Assembly (NCBI GenBank): GCA_963713825.1 | Contig: CAVQNG010000014.1 | Location: 32,001 to 96,000, forward strand | DNA from: an uncultured Acidobacteriota bacterium | GTDB taxonomy: Bacteria > Acidobacteriota > Thermoanaerobaculia > Multivoradales > JAHEKO01 | DNA: 64,000 nucleotides | Direction: 5' to 3' | Part shown: piece after piece, positions 57,455 through 64,000 of the stretch | Position numbering within the stretch: position 1 is the stretch's first letter | How the letters are laid out: each line of letters begins with the position of its first letter | The notes under the pieces: generated by a model | What the model saw: only the letters and a program-made list of their open reading frames with translations | What the model was told of the DNA's origin: nothing | The model's database searches: none | Position numbers and translations under genes: made by a program

Positions 57455-57815
57455 TTCAGGCGGGGGCAAACCCCGCCCCTGCTCTAATACCCACCCCTGC
57501 GCCTAAATTCGAGATCGGCTGGCACCCACCTAGTAACCCAACTAGTACGGGCAGTGGCGAAAGGGGAGAAACAGTGCACGAAGGCGTGAGGATGCGAACC
57601 AACCCCTTGGTCCACTCCTGGTCCATTTCGGTGGAACTTGTGGACGGTTCCCGAACTATCAGTAAGTCCTTCCGATAGGTTTCCGTGACAAGGGGAGGTA
57701 TCTCGGAGCCACGCGAGCGACTCGTGAATATTGAGATGACTGTCCCGATAGTTCAGACTAGGAAGACAAGGCTGGGCGCAAGTGCCGCCACTCAGAAACA
57801 GCCTGTGAGAGCTTT

Positions 57816-59006
57816 CTATTCCACTGTATTCGACCACGCCGAGGTGTCGCCGGACTCGAAGCCGTCTCTGAATAACAGCTGAGGGGTCATGTCTCCGAGG
57901 GCAACGTGATATGTGTCGTTCTCGTCGGAGCTAAGATCGGTACAGCTGAATCCACCCAGGCCATCTCCGAGACACAACCGATTCCGCGCCTGGTAGTTCC
58001 CGAAAACAGCATCGAGGTATTGATCGTCGTCGACGTAGCTTAGAGCGACACCAAGAGAGTCGAACTCGTCGGTACTGACATCGCCGCAGGTGAAGTGCCC
58101 GGCTCCATCTCCGAGGCACACTCGATTTCGACCGAAGGCGACCCCGAACACGGCATCGAGGTTCTGATCGTCGTCGATCAACCCCAAAGAAACTCTCGTG
58201 TGGAAGTGTTCGTCCGTGCTGACATCGCTACAAGTGAAGCCGCCCAGGCCATTGCCAATACAGACGCGGTTGCGTTGTTCTTTGTTGGCGAAGACGGCAT
58301 CGAGAATCTGGTCGTTGTCGATGTAGCCCAGAGCAACGCCAGTCGAGTAGAACTCGTCGCTACTGACATCACTGCAAGTGAAGCCACCCAAACCGTCCCC
58401 AAGGCAGATGCGATTGCGCGGCTGACTCGGGAAACCAGTACCCCAGACTGCAAAGACGGCGTCAAGGACCTGATCGTTGTCAACTAGGCCCAGCGCAACA
58501 TCTGTGGCACCAACGATGTCGGTGCCAACGTTGCTGCAGGTGAACTGTCCGGCTCCATCTCCGAGGCATACGCGATTCGGCGTGGCCGCATTGTGACCTC
58601 CAATGATGGCGTCGAGGTGCTGATCGCCATCAATAAGTCCGAGCGCCACGCCGGATGAGCCTTCTGCTACAGTATCGACATAACTGCAAGAGGAAAATCT
58701 CCCCAAGCCGTCGCCAAAGCAGACACGGTCGCGTTGATGTGCGCGATTGGCAAACACAGCATCGGGGTGCTGATCGCCATCCACGAGGCCGAGCGCAACC
58801 GTCCCGCCAGCGTCCTCGTCATCGCTGACATCACTACACATGAACCCTGCACCACCGTCGCCAAGGCAGAAACGATCTGGAGATCCCCAGACCGCAAAAA
58901 CAGCGTCTAAGGATTCACTCGCCGACACCGCCCCGGCACCGACCATTGCTGACAAAAGCACAATCAGTCCGGCACAGACTTTCAACCTCTCTCTCATCTC
59001 GAACAT
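57816..59006 (-). CDS. Secreted FG-GAP/VCBS-repeat beta-propeller protein with C-terminal FxDGFESGD motif
   Basis: Signal peptide; about 8 repeats of VALG.VD.DQ.LDAVF...NRVCLGDG.G.F.C; ends LLFRDGFESGDTSAWSNTVE. Confidence 0.85.
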   Translation of the reverse strand: MFEMRERLKVCAGLIVLLSAMVGAGAVSASESLDAVFAVWGSPDRFCLGDGGAGFMCSDVSDDEDAGGTVALGLVDGDQHPDAVFANRAHQRDRVCFGDGLGRFSSCSYVDTVAEGSSGVALGLIDGDQHLDAIIGGHNAATPNRVCLGDGAGQFTCSNVGTDIVGATDVALGLVDNDQVLDAVFAVWGTGFPSQPRNRICLGDGLGGFTCSDVSSDEFYSTGVALGYIDNDQILDAVFANKEQRNRVCIGNGLGGFTCSDVSTDEHFHTRVSLGLIDDDQNLDAVFGVAFGRNRVCLGDGAGHFTCGDVSTDEFDSLGVALSYVDDDQYLDAVFGNYQARNRLCLGDGLGGFSCTDLSSDENDTYHVALGDMTPQLLFRDGFESGDTSAWSNTVE

Positions 59007-59230
59007 CCTTTCCGCATGTGGATCGGGGGAATTCCCGGCCGGCCATATCGATAGGCACTTCGGCCCCTCCTTACAGGAACGGTGATCCGGTGATTCGGCC
59101 CTGAGCTATTCCGGGTGTGCCTTCGTCGAAGCACTTTCACTGTCTCCGCTAATAGAAGGCCCAAGCGGACAGATTTGTTACCCCCAATTGACGGGGGCGC
59201 TCTCCGGGCCTGACCGTCTGAGGAAGGGAT

Positions 59231-61993
59231 CTAGAACTCAACCCTCAAGCCCAGCTCGTAGCGGCGGGGGAGCTGCCATTCGGTGGCGTCGCCTTGCTCG
59301 TACTCGCCACAACCGCTGACCCGGCCGCAGATGTCGGTAGCGTTCTCCGAGTCGAAGAGGTTGAGGACCGTTCCGATCAACCGTAGGCGGGTGCGCCCGA
59401 GGTTGAAATCCTTGGAGAGCTGGACGTCGAGCTGGCCCCACTCGTCTCCTTCACGGCTACCACGGGGCTCGACAAGAATGTTGCCCCAGGCACCTGGATC
59501 GACGGTGGCCGCAGGACGGACCGGGGTCCAACGGAAAGGCGACCCCCAGACTCCGTTGAATCCGATGCCGAAGTCCAGCGGCAAGAAGACATAACCGCTC
59601 GCCTTCAGTCGGTGCTTGCGGTGATAGCCGAGATAGCCGTCACGATTCGTGAAGTGGTAGGGATACAGATCGAAATCGGTCGACGCGATATTGCTGTGAG
59701 TCGAGCCTTCGGAATTGGAGTTGGTGTACGAGGCCAGCACGTGGAGGCGATCCAGCGCTCGGCTTTCGAAGCTCAAGAGCCATCCGGTGTAGTCGCGACG
59801 AGCCTGGGGAAGATTGGCGATGATGAATCCAGTGCAACTGGTACCGGTTGTAGGTGTCGGGTAGTTTTCGACACAGGTGTCGTCGAACACGTCGCGTGTG
59901 GCCTTGTCGACGTAACTCAGCTCGAGAGAGGTGCGGCGGAGGAGCTCCCTTTCGAAGCCGATGATGAAAGTATCGACGTACTGGGGTGTGAGATCGGACG
60001 CGATGACAGAGGGCTCTGACCCGACGGTATTGAAGAGTAGCCATCCCGCAGGATCCCAGTGGTTGGGATCAAAACGCCATTCCAGACCCTGGCTTGCACC
60101 CACTGCGGCGCACACCTCGGGATCAGTCACCCCCACGATGGTCGTGCAGGAGCCCCAGATCCTTCCGGTCTCCACCGCGGTGATCGCCGCGCGCGGCAAC
60201 TGAAGGAAGCTCGAGTGCATGAAGCGGCCCCCCGATGCTCGAAGAAGATTGCGTCCGTTCCGCGTCAGGTCCCAGGTGACCCCGAGGCGGGGCTGGAGCA
60301 TCTGGAGATCCGCCACCTCCTGCCCTATGTCGTTGTCGTAGATCGCGCGGTCCCAGCGAAGCCCGAGCTGAAGCGTGACATCCGGCCGCACACGCCAGGA
60401 ATCCTGAACGAACAGGTCGGTGATCGAGCCCGTCGTTTCATAGGGTCCCGAAGGCGACAGGGCCTGCATCAGGTACGGAATGCTGGTGCCGGAAGCGGAT
60501 AGATCACCGTACTGGTAGCCTTCCTCGCCTTGCCGACAGAGCCCTCCGCCCTGGATTCCGGTCCAACACGTATTCCGGTCTTGGGAGGTTTGGTGAATTT
60601 CGCCCCCAACCTTGATGTCGTGGCTGCCCAAGGCTTCATCCACGAACCAAGTGAAATCAGTGCCGACCTGGTCCCGTCGGATGCCTGTGGAGCGGAGCGT
60701 CAGATAGTTGCCGGTTATGAGTCCGGTGTCGAGGTTGTAGTGCTGTATCAGGGAGTTGTCACCGCTCATGGGGCCCAATTCGTCATCGACCCAGTCCGAA
60801 CCGATGTGCATCTCCCAGAGGAGGCTTCGCGCCAAGACCCCGGACACCTCGGCCTGGAAGAGGGTGTAGGGACGTTCCCAGCGACCCGTCGCCTCGGCAG
60901 CCGTGAATGTCCCGGAACCCGCATTGGTACTCTCAAAAGGGGTTCTGAGGTACTTTGCCTGGACCAACCAGTTCGGAGCCGCCTGACCGGTGATCTTGAT
61001 GAAGGCCGGGGTGCTTGCCTGTCGCTCCGTGGTGGGGGAATCGAGCCAGGTCCAGCGGTAGTCGTGCGACTCGAGCGAGCCGAAGAACCAGGCTCGGTCG
61101 CGAACGAGGCGGCCACCGAGGGTGACGCCCGCGATGCTCGTGCTCGAAGTCTGTTCGTCGGGATTGTAGTGATCCCCAGAGGTCTCGAGGTTGTTGTCCG
61201 TGTAGCGGATATCGACTGCTCCCGACCAGGCATTGCTGCCGGACTTCGTCAGCGCATTGATGACCCCACCCGTAGCACGTCCAAACTCGGCTTGGAAGCC
61301 TCCCGATTCGAAGGCCACCTCCTGGATGGCGAGGGTTGGGTATCCCACCTGAGGGCCACCCCAGCTCGGGCTCGTAGCATCGAGGCCGTCGATCAGGAAC
61401 ACGTTCTCTGACCCAGTAGACCCTAAAACGCTCTGGGTGAAGTAGAAACCAGACTCTCCCGCCGGAAACGTGGAGCCGGTCCCAGCCGCCTGCAGAATCA
61501 GCTGTATGTGCGAATAGCGAACGCCTAGGCCGACCGCTGCCTCCTGGATGAAGTCGTTGGTGAAGCTCTGCCCCGTGGACACTCTCTGAGGATCCACTAC
61601 GGGTGTCGTTTCGGTGACCGTGATCTCGTCCCCATATCTGGCGAGCGGCAGGACGACCCGCACCTGAGCCATGCGCTCCAGGCGCACCTGGACCTCGGTG
61701 AGCTCCTGGGTGTGGAAGCCGTCGAGCTCGAGGCGCACGGTGAAGTACCCGGGGCTCAGACGGGGATACTGGAACCATCCCTCGGCGTCGGTCTGGGTCG
61801 TCTGGACTCCGCCGATCTGGTTGGGAGAACTCGCTGAGACCGCGACACCGGGCAGTGGCACACCTTCCCCGTCGACTACAAAGCCCGAAAGCCGCCCCGT
61901 AGTTCCAGCGTGAACGGGTTCGGCCAGGGTCAGAACTACAGCAGCCATTGCGATGATCAGGCATGCGGATGGGACAGCAGCTCCCGCTTTCAT
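59231..61993 (-). CDS. TonB-dependent receptor, Oar-like
   Basis: Start MKAGAAV with GGAG RBS; G.V.D..G.PLPGV.V, GGFQAEFGRATGGVINALTKSGSN, TLQLGLRWD, PRLG.TWD, C-terminal LRVEF. Confidence 0.92.
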   Translation of the reverse strand: MKAGAAVPSACLIIAMAAVVLTLAEPVHAGTTGRLSGFVVDGEGVPLPGVAVSASSPNQIGGVQTTQTDAEGWFQYPRLSPGYFTVRLELDGFHTQELTEVQVRLERMAQVRVVLPLARYGDEITVTETTPVVDPQRVSTGQSFTNDFIQEAAVGLGVRYSHIQLILQAAGTGSTFPAGESGFYFTQSVLGSTGSENVFLIDGLDATSPSWGGPQVGYPTLAIQEVAFESGGFQAEFGRATGGVINALTKSGSNAWSGAVDIRYTDNNLETSGDHYNPDEQTSSTSIAGVTLGGRLVRDRAWFFGSLESHDYRWTWLDSPTTERQASTPAFIKITGQAAPNWLVQAKYLRTPFESTNAGSGTFTAAEATGRWERPYTLFQAEVSGVLARSLLWEMHIGSDWVDDELGPMSGDNSLIQHYNLDTGLITGNYLTLRSTGIRRDQVGTDFTWFVDEALGSHDIKVGGEIHQTSQDRNTCWTGIQGGGLCRQGEEGYQYGDLSASGTSIPYLMQALSPSGPYETTGSITDLFVQDSWRVRPDVTLQLGLRWDRAIYDNDIGQEVADLQMLQPRLGVTWDLTRNGRNLLRASGGRFMHSSFLQLPRAAITAVETGRIWGSCTTIVGVTDPEVCAAVGASQGLEWRFDPNHWDPAGWLLFNTVGSEPSVIASDLTPQYVDTFIIGFERELLRRTSLELSYVDKATRDVFDDTCVENYPTPTTGTSCTGFIIANLPQARRDYTGWLLSFESRALDRLHVLASYTNSNSEGSTHSNIASTDFDLYPYHFTNRDGYLGYHRKHRLKASGYVFLPLDFGIGFNGVWGSPFRWTPVRPAATVDPGAWGNILVEPRGSREGDEWGQLDVQLSKDFNLGRTRLRLIGTVLNLFDSENATDICGRVSGCGEYEQGDATEWQLPRRYELGLRVEF

Positions 61994-62018
61994 CGAGGCT
62001 CTCCTTCCAGGTACAGCA

Positions 62019-63998
62019 TCAGGGCCACTCGGGGATCGCGGCCCAGCCGGGGAAGGGCGCGTAGCCGAGCTTCCAACCAGTCGGGGAGTCGGAATTTTCG
62101 ACGACTCGAACGTTGGTCCGCGAATGGAGCTCGGCGAGCAGCTCATCATGTGGCAGGGTGTGAAGGGGTGGTTTAGACATGTCCGGAAAAGGCCAGACTC
62201 GCACAGTCCGGTCGTCGCCTACCGAGGCAATCCAACGACCGTCGGGAGACACCGCGATGGTTCGAACGAGGCCCCGATGGCCGATTAGTAGGTGCGGTTC
62301 CTCTCCCGATACCGGGCCGACTCGCAAGGGACCGTCCAGCCCCCCACTGATGATCCACTGGTCAGAAGGATGGAGGGCGATCCGGAAGGGGTCTGGATGG
62401 GTGTCGAGGCGACGTGTCTCCCTCCCGTCGAGGCTACTCCAGGCAAGGTGGGACCGGAGATCCTCGGTGCTGTAGGCGTCGCCGTCCCAGTGCACGTCTA
62501 TTTTGAATTCACCGTTGGAACTGAGTGCCCGTGTCGCGACCATTCCCTCTTCTGCCACTACCTCGACACTGTTGTCTTCAAGATCGAAGACTCTCTCTCC
62601 ACCCGTAGCGCCCGGGACGACCCCCGCGGCCCCGACCCAGCGGAGCCTTCGGTTGTCATCGAAGCGGAGAAAGGAGGTGCTACCAGGGACCGGTCCCAGT
62701 ACCTGGACCTTGTTCGTCAGCAGGTCCCAGACACGTATGACCATCTCTTCTGCTGCGCCGTTCATCAAGGCGGAAGCTAGTAGACGGCCGTCAGGGCTGA
62801 AGTCGAGCTCCATGCCGTAACGACCCCGTCCTGGCCACTCGGCGGGCATCTCTCGAACTTCTCCTCCCTCGAGCGGAACGATCATCACCGTGGACCAGCT
62901 CGAGACCGCCACATTTCTTCCGCTCGGATCGAAGGCCATCGAGGTGAAGCCTCTGAGCCTCTCATCAGTGAGCACGCGCATCTTGCCCTCGTTCTGACCT
63001 TCGAGCGGCCAGGCAAGCAATCCGTCTCGTCCTACCGATAGCAGAAGCCAACTTCCATCTGGGCTGAACTGCAGATCACCCGCATTGCCTTCGAACCCAT
63101 GAAACACAGATCGAGATCGACTGGGCAGGGGCCAGAATGCAGCATTGCCAAGGTAGGCAGAGACGACCATCCGGCCACTGGGGTGCAGGGCGACACCGTG
63201 TGAAAAGACCTCGTCTGCCTTGCGGAGAACCAGGGGTTCAGCGGCAGGAGGTGCGCTCAAGTCCCAGAGGCGCACCGAGGCGACGCCTTGCTCCATTCCC
63301 CTGAAACCCAGCCACCTTCCGGTCGGGCCATACCCGACCCGGGACCGCACCACGACCCCCTTGAGGTTGCCCATTGCCAGGGTTCGGAGCGGCCGAGTTG
63401 ATTCTCCTTCGAGTGACCAGATCTTCAACTCTCCCAACTCATCTCGTGCCGCCACTCGATCCCCTAAGGGGTGAAACGAGAGCTCCAGAACCTCGGCCGG
63501 GTGCTGGCCGACCTGGCGGGGCGCCCGCATCCACTCGTCGAGCGAGCGAATGAAGACCCGGTCCTGCCTGTTGTAGGCCATCCTCGAGCCGTTGGTGTCG
63601 ATGTCAAAGGCATTGCCCCAGGCCGGCATACTGCCGATCAGCCGCGACTCACCTTCCTCGTAGGGCCACCAGCGAATTTCTGCCACCTCCTCATCCACCG
63701 AAACGCTGTAGTAACCATCGCCGCTCGGAGCGTGGAGTTGTCCCCGGCTGTCTTCGGCACTGCGAAGTTCCCTTCCCTCGGGAATGGAGAACCAGCGGAA
63801 CTCACCCTGCTTCTCGATAATGACCAGGTCATCGAGCGGGAACGCGACTGCCGGTGGATACAGCTGATTCGGATAGTTGACAAGAGTGATAGCTTCCTTG
63901 CCATCTTCGGGAAGCACGGTCACCCTGTCCCACCCGTTGATCGCCAGCCACTCCCCGCTCGGGCTGAACACGAGGCCAGAAGCCCGAGACTCCTCGTT
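62019..63998 (-). CDS. WD40-repeat protein, C-terminal part (truncated by window end)
   Basis: Multiple FSPDG/FHP.G...V(R/K).WD repeats, GH.G.V..IAVSPDGRWIAS.G.D.TVRVW; frame open to the window edge. Confidence 0.85.
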   Translation of the reverse strand, partial: NEESRASGLVFSPSGEWLAINGWDRVTVLPEDGKEAITLVNYPNQLYPPAVAFPLDDLVIIEKQGEFRWFSIPEGRELRSAEDSRGQLHAPSGDGYYSVSVDEEVAEIRWWPYEEGESRLIGSMPAWGNAFDIDTNGSRMAYNRQDRVFIRSLDEWMRAPRQVGQHPAEVLELSFHPLGDRVAARDELGELKIWSLEGESTRPLRTLAMGNLKGVVVRSRVGYGPTGRWLGFRGMEQGVASVRLWDLSAPPAAEPLVLRKADEVFSHGVALHPSGRMVVSAYLGNAAFWPLPSRSRSVFHGFEGNAGDLQFSPDGSWLLLSVGRDGLLAWPLEGQNEGKMRVLTDERLRGFTSMAFDPSGRNVAVSSWSTVMIVPLEGGEVREMPAEWPGRGRYGMELDFSPDGRLLASALMNGAAEEMVIRVWDLLTNKVQVLGPVPGSTSFLRFDDNRRLRWVGAAGVVPGATGGERVFDLEDNSVEVVAEEGMVATRALSSNGEFKIDVHWDGDAYSTEDLRSHLAWSSLDGRETRRLDTHPDPFRIALHPSDQWIISGGLDGPLRVGPVSGEEPHLLIGHRGLVRTIAVSPDGRWIASVGDDRTVRVWPFPDMSKPPLHTLPHDELLAELHSRTNVRVVENSDSPTGWKLGYAPFPGWAAIPEWP

Positions 63999-64000
63999 CG

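Noticed and set aside
57337-57837. ORFs 57337-57678 (+) and 57484-57837 (-)
   Set aside because: They run through the palindrome and hairpins, have no motifs, and do not resemble the missing 5' part of the receptor fragment.

Overview
GC-rich bacterial window with no rRNA, tRNA or CRISPR array visible. Oar-type TonB-dependent receptors and a secreted protein ending in FxDGFESGD suggest Acidobacteriota, probably Thermoanaerobaculia (inference). 1-26 kb: a TonB receptor followed by peptidases, amidohydrolases, aminotransferases and transporters. 26-34 kb: an RND efflux operon with two permeases. 34-43 kb: two FitAB/VapBC-type TA modules and a compact auxiliary type II fatty-acid cluster (enoyl reductase, FabH, FabA, FabZ, KAS, ACP, PlsC, PPTase). 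44-52 kb: a hydroxyproline-type catabolic cluster. 52-64 kb: an accessory region. The strongest unexplained signal is at 55-57.5 kb. A DUF222-HNH endonuclease gene carries a perfect 20-bp palindrome (GACGTTTCCGCGGAAACGTC) inside its own CDS. The palindrome recurs twice downstream, bracketing a MazF-type TA module. It resembles parS/Noc-binding sites, the N-terminus of the protein resembles the ParB DNA-binding domain, and an orphan TonB-receptor 3' end lies just upstream. Five genes show frameshifts that may be sequencing errors.
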